DNA of 64,000 nucleotides from Eledone cirrhosa (GCA_964016885.1 OZ024741.1:38874001-38938000), one strand, 5' to 3'; counted from the stretch's first letter, positions 14,770 to 27,690 are shown. The notes: generated by a model not told the origin, from the letters alone. Made by a program: numbers and translations.

Positions 14770-15319
14770 ACGCATGCGGGGAAGCGGACGCCGCTCCGAG
14801 CGGCGGTGCGGTTCCAAGGGATCAGACACCATACCTTGTTGACTATGTATGCCCTGTGGGGTAAGTCGACGCAACCTATGCTGCCAATCGGACTCGGCAC
14901 GTCATCCTAGGCAACAACATCGCATGAGCCGGGACACGGTGGCTCAACTTCCACGGATATTCAGTCCCGTACCATACAACAATAAGGCACTCTATCTCAC
15001 CCACAGTGATATGCTCTATGGCCTGTTCACTCCCCCCATGTGTATCTTTTCAGTGGTATCTGCATATTCTCCACGCACTCCATTACGTAACACCCCATGT
15101 ATTTTTTCATGTACAAGCCAATGCATATCTTTGTATACTTTTCTTATATTATTCAGATGTATGTATTTTTTTTATATAGTCTGTATACATCCTTTTATAT
15201 ATCCTGCATGCATTTTTAGTATATATGGCCTGGGCATATCCTTTACATTAATACCATGAACTCCCCATATGTAACCTTGCTTGAGGTGTTTATACGCGGA
15301 TTTATCCGCGTTGCCAGAA

Positions 15320-15450
15320 TAATTGTTTCTACTTTGGGCACAAGGCCAGCAATTATCCCAGTATTTTACTTTTACTTTAATTTATCGACCCCGTAAGGAT
15401 GAAAGGCAAAGTTAACCTCGGCGGGATTTAAACTCAGAATGGCAAGCGCC
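15320..15450 (-). mobile_element. SINE with Nin/Deu-like domain
   Basis: reverse complement matches 36278-36392. Confidence 0.65.
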
Positions 15451-15592
15451 GTAACTCTTTGCAGCAAAGCATGGTGTGGTCAAATCCTCTACCGATACTG
15501 CCATTGTATATTTGTTTATGTGTGTAGATGTGTGTACATACATATATAAATATGTGTAAGAATATATGTGCAAGTATGTGCGTATTAGGGTA

Positions 15593-15648
<56 letters not shown>

Positions 15649-15739
15649 TGTGTGTGTATGTAATGTATATATGTGTGTGTGTGTGTGTATGTATATGTAT
15701 ACATATGTGTAGATATATGTGTGTATGCAGCATATTGTT

Positions 15740-15993
15740 ATTGATAATTTAGCGTTAAAAAGCGTGAAAAAATATCTATTGCCACGAAAAAAGCCATTAA
15801 AAAATCGTGGAAGATATTTACGAATCCTCGAATACGCTGTGGTTTCCACGAACAATTATTAGTTAGGTTCTAAGGAAAATTCAACGAATAACCGGGACCG
15901 TGAATGCCCGGGTACACTGTATATACAAATATACGATTTTTTAATGACTCTTTTCGTGGCAATATATATATATTTTAACGTTAAATTATTAAC
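15740..15993. mobile_element. MITE-like inverted-repeat element
   Basis: 15740-15808 and 15933-15993 are imperfect inverted repeats (TATTGCCACGAAAA..CATTAAAAAATCGT). Confidence 0.55.
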
Positions 15994-15996
15994 TTG

Positions 15997-16439
15997 ACCT
16001 GAAAAATGTGCAAGCTCAAAAGAACCATAGAATGTTATAATAAACATTCAAAAGTGTGGGACTAGAGTTGTTGCTCAAAAATATTGTAATCATTATCTAT
16101 CGTACACTCTGTGGCATCCTTTTATAAAAAAAAAAAGAGACTCATAACGAACTCAAGACGACACGAAATTATTTAAGCTAATTTTCAATATCTCATATTA
16201 GATGTTTAGTAATGATTAATACGAAATGCACTTGAACCGAATTCTATATTATAAATCCACCTAAATAATTATCGTGTCGTCTTGAGTTCGTTATGTGTCT
16301 CTTTTTTATAAAAGGATGCCTCAGAATGTACGATAGATAATGATTACAATATTTTTGAGCAACAACTCTAGTCCCACACTTTTGAAGGTTTATTATAACA
16401 TTCTGTGGCTCTTTTGAGCTTGCGCATTTTTCAGGTGTA
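15997..16439. mobile_element. MITE with ~180-bp TIRs, probably Tc1/mariner-type
   Basis: 15997-16176 is reverse-complementary to 16261-16436; right end TCAGGTG|TA. Confidence 0.75.
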
Positions 16440-17712
16440 GTTTATATATGTTTTTAAGGCAACGCTTGTAATAACTCTAGTTAAACATGATATATATTAA
16501 TAATAAATTATCGTTGTAATGTAATTAGATTATATAATTGTTATTTTATAAATGATCTTATAAATATTATTGTAAGATGTATAAAAATATGTTCAGACTT
16601 TTAATATAAACAACTACAAAAAAAAAAACAATCAATATTAAATAAATATATTTTACATAATAATTGTTATAGTTGAATTAATAAAAATTAAATATTACAT
16701 ACAAATAGTCTAACATAATAATGAAAAAATAATCTAACATAATAATAATAAAATAATCTAACATAAAACGAACAATAATATGGACAAATATACAAGTAAA
16801 TATGATGCAACCAATATTATAAGCATGTTATAACGAACTGAAAAAAAGTAGTTAATATAAATTTTAAAAAATCATATATAAATTAACAATATAACTTACC
16901 AAAACGAGAAAAATATTTTGATGATAAACGACGAAATACAGGAGGCAGATTCGAAAGCGAAACGATAAATAAACGTGCAAACAAAATGGCGGATGCTTTT
17001 GAGAAACAATTACTCTCATTGGTTGATTAGCCAATAAGACGATGAAATTAGCCAATAAGACGATACATTACAAAACATGTTTAGCAGCGATCACCACTGC
17101 CAGCGACACCCCTTGAATTTTTTATTCACAAGCTAGTATATATGTCAGACACGCAGACTTAAAACATTCTGTTGTTAGTCACTGTGTGTCTAACAGATAA
17201 CAAACTACCGTGTTTGCCGGTCTATATTTTACATTACGTTTTGACGTTTATAGGCATTTTTATGGATCACGTCAATATTCGCGGTTTTTCGCTCTTCACA
17301 GGTGCTCTAGGAACGTAACCCTCACGAATACCGTGGGACAACTGTAAATACATACACATATTTGTGAGTGTCTGTAGCCGATTAGTGAGTAATAATACAT
17401 TACCGTAGGTGACACCTTTTTGAGCCACACTTGCTTTTATGTTAGTTGGATATTCAGTAATAAAAGTGGGCATTAACACTGAGATATCTTTGTTATTGGT
17501 GAAATATGCAGAGTATTGATATTAAGAAAGAGAGATCGATTTTCAGTTTATCATTTTTTATTCTTTACCTCGCGTAACACGTTTTTCGCAAATGACCTGC
17601 TCGGAGCCTTAATCAATCACAATCAGCTTTGACCCTGGGATCGATTTGTTCGTCGGACGCAGTGGAGATTAGATTCAGAATATTTTCATCTCATCAAAGT
17701 ATGTCATGGATA

Positions 17713-18200
17713 TACAAAGGTCGACTGCAAACTTCATAGGCTGACTATGAAGGATTGATGCTAGAACTGTGAAATCTTGTGTGCATTAATTTCAGCTCAT
17801 CTTATTAATAACTGCATTGTTTCTTTCGAGGGACTGTGTTGAAAAAATATACCTCATTTAGTTATTCCATGAGAGTATTTTGGTTAGTCTATGAAGGAGT
17901 GATGCTAGAGCTGTGAAATCTTGCGTGCATTTATTCCAACTCTTCTTATTAATAACTGCATTGTTTCTTAACAGGGACTATGTTGAAAAATATACCTCAT
18001 TTAGTCATTCCATGAAAGTATCTTGATCAGCCTATGAAGGAGTAATGCTAGAGCTGTGAAATCTTGAGTGCATTTATTTCAACTCTTCTTATTAATAACT
18101 GTATTGCTTCTTTCTAGGGACTATGTTGAAAACATATACCTCATCTAGTCATAACATAAAAATATTTTGGTGAGCATATGATCTTTTCAGCCGGCACTCA
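17713..18200. mobile_element. MITE-like element with three internal ~143-bp tandem units
   Basis: units start CTATGAAGG at 17745, 17889 and 18032; degenerate TIRs at both ends. Confidence 0.6.
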
Positions 18201-18817
18201 TTTGACAATCAGGGTGGAATAGACAAGCTGATATAAAATAGTGTTGGGGTGAATTTAGATGCTAGATATGCTATGACTGGTATGGATGATCTTGGGTAGA
18301 TGGCTGTGTAGAGTGATGGTGAGGATAGTTATCTGGCGAGATAATGGAAGGAAGGCAGTAAGGTGAGTGGGAAGGGAGATGATATGTTTGGTCATGAATG
18401 TATCACAATTGCGATAGGATTTCAAGGGGCGTTGTTAGGGAGATGAGAAGGTATATGATGGGTGAATGACAAATATAGTGGTATTTGGCTGGATGATGGT
18501 AGAATGAGTGAGGGAAATGATGACGAAAACAGCTATTAGGGAGCTATGACTGGTGTGGTGGGATTTAAAAAGTGATGTGAGGGAGAAAGTTGGGGAGTGG
18601 AAACTTCGATAGAATGGCGGTGAGTAGAGTCATGGACACGAAATATTAAATATGTTGAACGTTGCTGCCGATCCCGTTAAGGGTGACAGCAGCGATTCTT
18701 TGCTTAAACTTTAATCTATTATTTTAATAACTATTTGCTCTAGGGTTCTTATATATTTGATATATATTTATCCTTATCGAGCCCTCTTTGGATTTTAGTC
18801 TTCACATTTATCATTAT

Positions 18818-18870
<53 letters not shown>

Positions 18871-19047
18871 GGAAAATCTTCTTCGTAGAATCAAGATGTA
18901 TCTGAGAACCTTGGGATTTTCAGAGTCAGGTTCAATCATCACATCTATCGTGCCTCGCGCTGGTCGCCAGAGAAACGATTGTAATATGTCCAATAAATTC
19001 CATTCGTCGCAACACTGATTCTCTTTTTTTCTGTGAATATATATATA

Positions 19048-19673
19048 TGTGTCCGCATGTATCTGTGTGTTTCTAAATATATTAATAACTCCCTCTGGTC
19101 GAGCAATCTTTGAAGTGTGGGGACAACTGGAAAGCTTCCATTACTCATACTTCTCGCCTTCTTCACTACCTCTTCTACGGCCTCGATATGAATACCCCCT
19201 CCGCCTCCGTGGTATTTTCTTCGTGGTTATAAGAGGCTTAGCTCTGTTTCTCGACCGTTATATCGCGTGACTATCTCCCCCTCCGCCTTTTGGGATTCTT
19301 TCTCACGTCGTGTAGACGCGTTCTTGAGACTAGTAAAATGAGGTATCCTCTTGATAAGTCGGCAGACCTCGCAAGGACTCTATATCTTTGATATATTGTT
19401 TTTGTTTATGCCACGAAACTATGTAGTCGAGGAATTTAGGAACAGTTTAGGTATGATACATTTTATTACTAATTATATCTAAATGTTTCTTCTCTCTTCA
19501 TAATGTATTTTTAACTCTGATACTGGTTCAGTCTGGTTCAAACTGAATTGGTCTGTCCCAGTCATTCATTGAGCAACATCGGTGAAGTTGGCACCCTTAA
19601 CTCACAGTTGGGTGCGGATGCATTCATGTATGTATGTGTGTGTCCGCATGTATCTGTGTGTTTCTAAATATAT
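19048..19673 (+). mobile_element. ~590-bp non-coding partial-tandem element with hammerhead motif (retrozyme-like), copy 1
   Basis: terminal direct repeat GTCCGCATGTATCTGTGTGTTTCTAAATATATT at 19051 and 19642; TA flanks; homologous to 33578-34322 on the opposite strand. Confidence 0.75.
19347..19432 (+). ncRNA. Putative type I hammerhead ribozyme, U3:A8 core variant
   Basis: stem I CCTC/GAGG; core TTGATAA; stem II GT(C)GGCA/TGCCAC; GAAA; stem III CTA(T)GTAG; GTC cleavage triplet. Confidence 0.6.
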
Positions 19674-19713
19674 TATATATATATATATATATGGGGGGGG
19701 GGGTGTCTGTGTG

Positions 19714-19744
<31 letters not shown>

Positions 19745-19863
19745 ACATACATATATATCTACGACATATGTGAGTAATGATAACCGAATTGAACCCGCAA
19801 CCAATTATGAATCAGGATGAACGGGATTCGCTCAGAATCAGATATGTTTGCCCATCTCTCCCC

Positions 19864-19865
<2 letters not shown>

Positions 19866-19955
<90 letters not shown>

Positions 19956-20060
19956 GCTCGCTCTTTCTCTCCCTCTCTCTCTCATTATCCCCCCTTCTCT
20001 CTCTCTCATTATCACTCTCTGTCTCTCACCCCTCTCTCTTTCATCCTTTCTCTCTAAACA
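19866..20060. repeat. (TC)n microsatellite
   Basis: directly visible. Confidence 0.95.
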
Positions 20061-20092
20061 TCTATCTCCATATGTCATTTTGTCTGTCTATA

Positions 20093-20631
20093 TCTATATA
20101 TGTATATTAAAGTTTTAGTTCCTGCCTGTTTGTTTGTCTGTTCACGAACTCCTCCTATGGTTATAGAGATAGACCCATAACCGGCCCATGGTTCTTGGAT
20201 AAGTATATTTCATTTTAATCAAAGGGTTCCCCGGGGGCACAAACCCTCGCTGAAAATGTTCTCCCTTCGATTTATATGAAATTTAAACCATAGGTAAATG
20301 ACAAGATATGATGCCCATTCCCAAAATTTCAGCAAATTTCAATAATTTTAAGACACTCTAATGGGGATAAATCCCCTCCTATAGTGAAAGTTTTGGAAGC
20401 CCATAACTTGACTATTGGAACTTCTATTATGACGGGGTTTTTTCTATTAATTAAACGTAAATCAACAAAAAATGCACCTTTCTTTTATAGTAAAATTTGG
20501 CTAATTTAGACATTTTATCTATGGCAAAACATCACTAGAATTATGACAACAAAAATTATCAACAAAATTCATCATATCCTTACAAAAAAAAAAATGTGTG
20601 AATCGCAGCAAGGCGCGGGTAATTCGGCTAG
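20093..20631 (+). mobile_element. Non-autonomous Helitron
   Basis: A|TC 5' end, subterminal GC hairpin CGCAGCAAGGCGCGG, CTAG|T 3' end, no TSD. Confidence 0.7.
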
Positions 20632-20867
20632 TACTTATATATTCATATGTGTGTACATATGTCTATATTTATTACTCAATAGTGAGGAACGTCATTCGCA
20701 GCCATTAACGAAGAACAAACGACTTCATAAAAAAACTCCCACAGCAAATACCTCGCATACACACATAAACGAAATCACACAATCGCAAGGCAAACACATA
20801 CATATTACACTTACATGTGCATGCACATATATGCATCTTATACAAACATACATACATACATACATAC

Positions 20868-21161
20868 ATGATGGCTGCCCCCTTGTTATCGAGTATGGCC
20901 ATTGCATGATATACCATTATTAATAATTATTAATTACTTATATCGTGCAATGCCTGTACGTGAAGATATTTTTTAAAGTAAAGAAAGACTGCACTGAGCC
21001 AATCCCACTCTCTGAGCGACAGTAGCTGTAACTCGAAAAGAAGAAAAGATCAACATCATCGATAATTACTGAGCGGCAGGTTTTATATCGGAGTTATCCC
21101 AGTTTCCTGAGTTGCCTTCTCCTAGAAGAATGTCCTGACAAAGGCTAGGGGTCCTTCACTC
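20868..21161 (-). mobile_element. RTE-related short non-autonomous retroelement, copy 2
   Basis: homologous to 12185-12490. Confidence 0.55.
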
Positions 21162-21643
21162 TCAGTGGTTTAACCACGTGATCGGATGCCCAGCCCGACT
21201 ATTTCTTTGTACCCGCGCATATACATACACATGCACCCATGTATATACACATATACACATACACACATATGTACATGTGTATATACATATTTACACACTT
21301 TTTGATGGCCGTTGACTCTTATGGGTTCTTCCGCCCTTACATACATACATACATACATACATATGTATTTATATGTGTTTATGTGTGTGTGTGTGTGTGT
21401 GTGTGAGTGTATGTGTGCGCGCGTATGTGTGTGCGTGTGAGTGTATGTGTGTGCGTGTGCGTAGAACAATGAGGAACAGAAAAAATGCGTAGGTAGATAG
21501 TTAGTTCATTGTTTTACGATCGTTTCAGAGCGTCCACTGGTCGGTGGAGATAAATATATCGACTAGCATAGTAGTGGTTAAGTTACTATCCATTTCCAGT
21601 CCCGAAATGCAAGATTCTGAACCAGGTGAAATACGATAGATAT

Positions 21644-21790
21644 AAGGCGCATAGCTAAGTGCTTAGATAAGTGGTTTCGCAGTTGTGAGGTTGTGAGTTC
21701 GATTCCCGAGCTGGGTGATGCGTAATGTCCTTGAGCAAGATACTTTATTTCACGTTGTTCCTTCTACCTGGAGTTGCGAACGATAGGCAA
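21644..21790 (+). mobile_element. tRNA-derived SINE with CORE-like domain
   Basis: B-box GAGTTCGATTCC then GTCCTTGAGCAAGATACTTTATTTCACGTTG; homologous to 24345-24515. Confidence 0.7.
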
Positions 21791-21829
21791 TATTAGCATT
21801 TATATATAAACACACACACAAATATATAT

Positions 21830-22026
21830 ATAGGAAAATAGTCAGGACCCCGACGGCTGAGCTCCGCCCGTTTCGACAGCTAGGTCTAGAGTTCAGACCT
21901 GGCTGTCGAAACGGCCGGAGCTCAGCCTTCGGGGTCCTGACTATTTTCCTATTACCCACTCTACTACCCAGTATCGAGTACTATGGTGCGTTATGGTCCA
22001 CCTGGTTACTTACCACACTTCCTTCG

Positions 22027-22028
<2 letters not shown>
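21830..22028 (+). mobile_element. Hairpin + one-sided tail element, PLE-type insertion
   Basis: arms 21830-21887 and 21895-21952; tail 21953-22028; TA flanks; same family as 31777-31974. Confidence 0.75.
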
Positions 22029-22096
<68 letters not shown>

Positions 22097-22098
22097 TG

Positions 22099-22155
<57 letters not shown>

Positions 22156-22493
22156 TGTATATATATATATATATATATATATCGCATGCAGGCAGAGCAC
22201 GTGTATGTTAATTTTATTTTACTGCACGCGTTAAACATATAATCTTAATTTTACATATCGTTTCATTCGACACGCACACACTTAAACAATGTGGGACCCA
22301 ACTACACGTACAAAAGAATTCATGCAAAAACACGAACACGTACACAGACCCATACGCATATGTGTGGATCAACATGAAGCCACCATATTGGATGTGTGTA
22401 TGTACATGATGTAGATATTTGCCAATCAATGCACACGCATACGTATCTGGACAAATAGATATAAAGCAAAACTGTTTTGTTGGTTGGATATGC

Positions 22494-22528
<35 letters not shown>

Positions 22529-22546
22529 CATAAATACATATACACA

Positions 22547-22669
<123 letters not shown>

Positions 22670-22909
22670 GCAAATATATATATATATGGAAAAAAATGAA
22701 ACGAAATTTCATTTCTCACTCTTACTACGGCTGTTACAAACAAACCGAACATTATAATAAATGTTCGCTAAACCCATACGTACATATATATATGTGTGCA
22801 TGTATGTAATGTATATATATATATATACATACTACTGTACGTCTGTATACATATATGTATGTACGTGTACATACTTATATATATATATATACATAAATAC
22901 ATATACACA

Positions 22910-22974
<65 letters not shown>

Positions 22975-23006
22975 TTATGCAATATATACATACACACACA
23001 TATATG

Positions 23007-23086
<80 letters not shown>

Positions 23087-23133
23087 CTTTCATGTATATA
23101 TAAATTGCCTCATTTACCTCATTTATGAACTAT

Positions 23134-23200
<67 letters not shown>

Positions 23201-23749
23201 GAGAGAGAGAGAAAGAAAGATGGGAGATAGAGGGTGGGGGTGAGAGAGAGAGTGAGGAGTCATAGTCGATAAAATAAAAGAAGCAAAAAAAAAAAATCGA
23301 ACTAACAGATCTTCTACTTCTAATGTCTTAAATAGGTGTTCGATATTCCACTCACATATAATGTGTCTCTATTGACTCTTTACAACAAAGCTGGCGTGTT
23401 CGGCCATTTAGGTGTATGAATACGCAACGTTTCAGACGTTTTCTATGTCACACTATACAGCTATGTCAACCAGTGCAGAAATACTGCTCGGCAAACGCCA
23501 TTGCTGTCGGTTTTGTTCTTATTATCATTACCGCTATTATTAGTATCTATTATGTAAGTAATAGTTTTATCATTGAAATCAATATCAATCTGATCGTATT
23601 TGTTGTTGTTGTTGTTATTGGAATGCTCTTGTTATTCCTATATATCTTTTCTTGTTTTAATTTCCTCCGTCATGAGTTTGTTTTTTTTTCTTTAGCCTAA
23701 ACACACCATCCTTAATCTTTGCAGCCTTTCACTTCACCGGCAGCCATTA

Positions 23750-24150
23750 CTAATACTACTACTACTACGACCACTACTACGACAACTACTGCTGCTGCTG
23801 CTGCTTTTGCTACTACTACTACTACTATACTACTACTACTACTACGACTACTACTACTACTGTTACTTCTGCTGTTGCTGCTACTACTACGACTACGACT
23901 ACGACTACTGCTGCTGCTACTACTACTACTACTACTATTACTACTACTACTACTGCTGCTGCTGGTGCTACTACTACTACTACTACTATTACTACTACTA
24001 CTACTACTTCTACTGCTGCTTCTGCTACTACTACTACTACTACTACTATTGCTGCTGCTGCTACTACTTCTACTACTAGTACTGCTGCTACTACTACTAC
24101 TACTACTACTACTATTACTACTACTAGTACTACTACTACTACTACTACTA
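23750..24150. repeat. (CTA)n/(CTG)n trinucleotide tract
   Basis: directly visible. Confidence 0.95.
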
Positions 24151-24344
24151 CACACCCAGTTATAAAAAATCTGTCACCAGAACATGTTAATGTGTGTGTG
24201 TGTATATGTATGTCTGTGTGTGTCTCTATGTGTCTGCGTGTGTGTATGCATATGTTGGTATCTCTCTCTCTCTCTATATATATATATTTTTTTTTTTTGA
24301 AACGATCGACTTTCGTCAAATCGGACCGAGGAAACAATGTTTCC

Positions 24345-24512
24345 GTTGGTCCTTCCAATTGCTAATACTATCTATCGGTCGCAACTCCAGGTAGAAGGAG
24401 CAACGTGAAATAAAGTGTCTTGCTCAAGGACATAACGCATCGCCTGGTCCAGGAATCGAACTCGCAACCTTACGATTGCGAATCCAATTCTCTAACCACT
24501 CTGCCACACGCC

Positions 24513-24515
<3 letters not shown>
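24345..24515 (-). mobile_element. tRNA-derived SINE with intact A and B boxes
   Basis: reverse strand TGGCAGAGTGG (A box), GAGTTCGATTCC (B box), CORE-like GTCCTTGAGCAAGACACTT. Confidence 0.75.
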
Positions 24516-24604
<89 letters not shown>

Positions 24605-24736
24605 GTACACGCACATACAGAACCCACGCAACGCCTGTACCCGCACGCATACGAATGTATACACCAAATACACATAAAAATATATATTAAAAAAAATATA
24701 TATATATATATGTGTGTGTGTGCGTGTATACATATA

Positions 24737-24985
24737 AACGTTTTTTTCAAATATTCACTTCTGCGTTCACAGATTGACTTTATTAGTTTCAGAAGATCCC
24801 GTTATGGGTGAAAGCAGCGATTCTTTGCTTAAACTTTAATCTGTTATTTTAATAAATGTATTAATAATTATATTAATTATATATTAATAACTATATTATT
24901 AAAATAACAGATTAAAGTTTAACGGGATCTTCGGAAACTAACAAATTCAATCTGTGAACGCAGAAGTGAATATTTCAAAAAACGT
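24737..24985. repeat. Foldback/MITE-like inverted repeat
   Basis: 24737-24803 vs 24921-24985 and inner 24830-24860 vs 24895-24921; part also present at 18670-18730. Confidence 0.65.
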
Positions 24986-25018
24986 TGCAACGGGAAGAAG
25001 ACAGGAAGACGATACTTT

Positions 25019-25290
25019 GGTTCGTAGAAACGTTCCCTGGCAAAGAACGGGAAAAAACGAATATAATACTTCATTATTTGGTGCGGTGAAAAACAATTAC
25101 ACGCAAAGACAAAACCACGTTTATGGTATAAAAGAAGTCGTAGACTAATGTTCTATTAGGTGGTTCATAGAGACGTTCTCTGGCAAAGAACGAAAAAAAA
25201 ACGAAGAAAATACGTCATATGTGCAGCGGAGAGAACAATTGCACGCAAAGAAAAAACCACGTAAATGGTATAACTGAAGTCATAGACTAA
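25019..25290. repeat. Diverged ~143-bp tandem duplication
   Basis: 25019-25148 is similar to 25162-25290. Confidence 0.7.
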
Positions 25291-25337
25291 AATTCTAACT
25301 AGGAAACCGAATGATTCTCGGCTTCAAAGTTAAGAAT

Positions 25338-26045
25338 CTATCTATCTAAGGCGGGTAAAATTCTCGAGATCCATGGACGAGTTCTCTCCAGCGGTCTCTG
25401 TCCCTCATTATCGCTGCCATGTCCTGCGTCTCCAACAGACCAGTGTCTGTCCTTAGGGCATCAACATACGTTAACCTTGGTCTTCCTCTTCTAGTGTGTC
25501 CATGTAGGGGCTCCCAAAGGAGTACTGAGTGCAATGTCAACTCTGGATGTCGGTGAGCATGTCCAGCTAACTTCAGTCTCCTCTATGTCACTTTTGAGCT
25601 GACTTTTGGGATGCTCCCATACAGCTCTGAGTTTTTCATCCTCAGTGTATACTGATTAATGTTCAGAGCCATCCTTAGCATTCTCGTGTAGCACCCATCC
25701 ACCATCTGAGTGAGTTTCTTGGTCAGTGTCCAAGTCTCCGACCCATACAGCAGCACAGACTCCACTACAGCAAAAGGTTGAGACTGTGTCGATGAGTGTG
25801 GGGCTGAGAATGAATGAGACTAAAACAAAATATCTGGTAGAGAATGTTGAGAAGCCAGAGGGGATCACTAATGTAGGCGGGAAGCCGCTGGAATTGGTTG
25901 AGGACTTCCTGTATTTGGGAGCAAAGATTGGGAATACGGAAGATGATGTGGTTGAGAGGAAGAGCAAGGCCTGGGCGGCGTGCCACAGCTTGAGATCGGT
26001 GTGGAAGTCGGACCTTCGTAGAGACCTGAAAATCCGCCTCTTCAG
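25338..26045 (-). mobile_element. RTE LINE, 5'-truncated with 5' inversion, 10-bp TSD
   Basis: 25338-25773 = reverse complement of the 3' end of the 6763-9283 family; 25775-26044 = inverted upstream piece; TSD AGTTAAGAAT at 25328-25337 and 26046-26055. Confidence 0.9.
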
Positions 26046-26224
26046 AGTTAAGAATAAAGTAAATAAAATACAGAGGTAATTGAAATTAAATAAATACATA
26101 CACGCATCCATATACGTACATAGACAAGTATACACATAAACAAAAAAAAACGCACACGCACGTACAGAACCCACTCAACGCCTGTATCCGCACGCATACG
26201 AATGTATACACCAAATACACATAA

Positions 26225-26316
<92 letters not shown>

Positions 26317-26754
26317 TGTGTGTGTGCGTGTATACATATAATCAAATAAACGTATATATATAAATAAATATATAACAAGCGCACACACATACCTACATGT
26401 AAATACACAAATGTTCGGAGACGTACGTCAACCAAAACATGAAGTACACATATACACACACTCTACATACGTACGAATCCGCATACTCACACAGACGCCA
26501 AACTCACGTATACACATAACCAAAAGCATATGTACCAGAAAATATAATATAAACGCCGTAACATATACAATCAAATATACGTACGAGAAAGTATACGTAC
26601 CTTCACAAAACAGACAGGTAATATATACTTATCTATACAAATAAGTAGTGGTATAAACATAACATATACTTAGCTACCACATCAAGACGTAAAATATCCG
26701 CGTATAGTTCCTACTATCCGTTAGGGTATAATGTGGGGCTGTAATACAGGAAAG

Positions 26755-27170
26755 TTTTGTGCGATTTATGTTTACAAGCCGAAATTGCCTCAGATTTTCT
26801 GTTTAAGATGTGGTCTGTGGCGTAAAGTATTTCCAGGGCCTCAGCGGCGCAGGGTCACATGGTCTTTTATTTCCGTTATACGATCTAGCCCTAGCTAGGA
26901 TCTCCCAGTGTAACTTATGTTGGGTGTGGTTGTCTTTTAGACTCCAGATATAAGCTGAAAGTGACATCATATTCCTTCTTAAAGGGTAACGAAAAGAATG
27001 GGTATGCATGTAAAGAGGCTGCTTGAATCTATTGGCGGTTAACCCTATGTAGGCCCTACGGGACGTGGGTGTTTCAACCTTACATTTTTAGACAATGTTA
27101 CTAGAGAGGCATTTCCCGGATAGGGGATAGTCAACCCGATTCCTACAATTACAGTTAGTACTAATAACAG
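26755..27170 (-). pseudogene. PLE GIY-YIG endonuclease remnant
   Basis: manual translation CNCRNRVDYPLSGKCLSSNIV*KCKV..AYIGLTANRFKQ..H..SF..LSAYIWSLKD..WEILARA..LNRKSE..CKH. Confidence 0.7.
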
Positions 27171-27240
27171 AGTTGCACTAATAACAGGGTTGAGAAATGA
27201 AATTTCGTTTCATTCTATTCCATTTATATATAAATATATA

Positions 27241-27588
27241 TATTAGAAAGTGAGGTTTTTTTTTACAAAATGAAAAATAACCGAGGTGTCCTACACGAGT
27301 GAAAGTATAAAGAAAAAAAGATGAAATCGAAAATGCAACTGGAGTCTTATTTAAAAAAATATATATATTTATTAGGTTCCTTTATCGGTTTCGCATTTCA
27401 ATTGCTTTTCAAAAGTAGAGTTGAGATGGAGGGTCTGTGGTTTTTCTCAGAAAAACCACAGACCCTCCATCTCAACTCTACTTTTGAAAAGCAGAAGAAC
27501 TGCGAAACCGGTAAAGTAACCAAATATATATATATTTTTTTTAAAAATAAGACTCCAGTTGCATTTTCGATTTCATCTTTTTTTTCTT

Positions 27589-27591
<3 letters not shown>
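27241..27591 (-). mobile_element. Hairpin + one-sided tail element with hammerhead motif
   Basis: arms 27306-27447 and 27449-27591; tail 27241-27305; family also at 30965-31283, 32233-32362 and ~34495-34585. Confidence 0.75.
27479..27518 (+). ncRNA. Putative minimal hammerhead ribozyme, U3:A8 core variant
   Basis: TACTT / TTGAAAA / GCAG-AAGAA-CTGC / GAAA / CCGG / TA / AAGTA: all three stems pair, palindromic stem III ACCGGT. Confidence 0.6.
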
Positions 27592-27628
<37 letters not shown>

Positions 27629-27654
27629 CATATATATATGTAAATATTTAGATA

Positions 27655-27690
<36 letters not shown>

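Noticed and set aside
17745-18175. CRISPR-like array
   Set aside because: Contiguous tandem units with no unique spacers, eukaryotic context, no cas genes
23370-23520. Unique-looking sequence as an exon or miRNA
   Set aside because: No convincing ORF, splice context or long hairpin
24440-24515. tRNA gene
   Set aside because: A and B boxes are followed by a SINE CORE-like body, and a paralogue lies at 21644; it is a SINE head
24600-26340. ~130-bp direct repeats at 24600-24730 and 26150-26340 as LTRs
   Set aside because: Largely low-complexity, no TG..CA ends, PBS or LTR-element coding; likely local duplication
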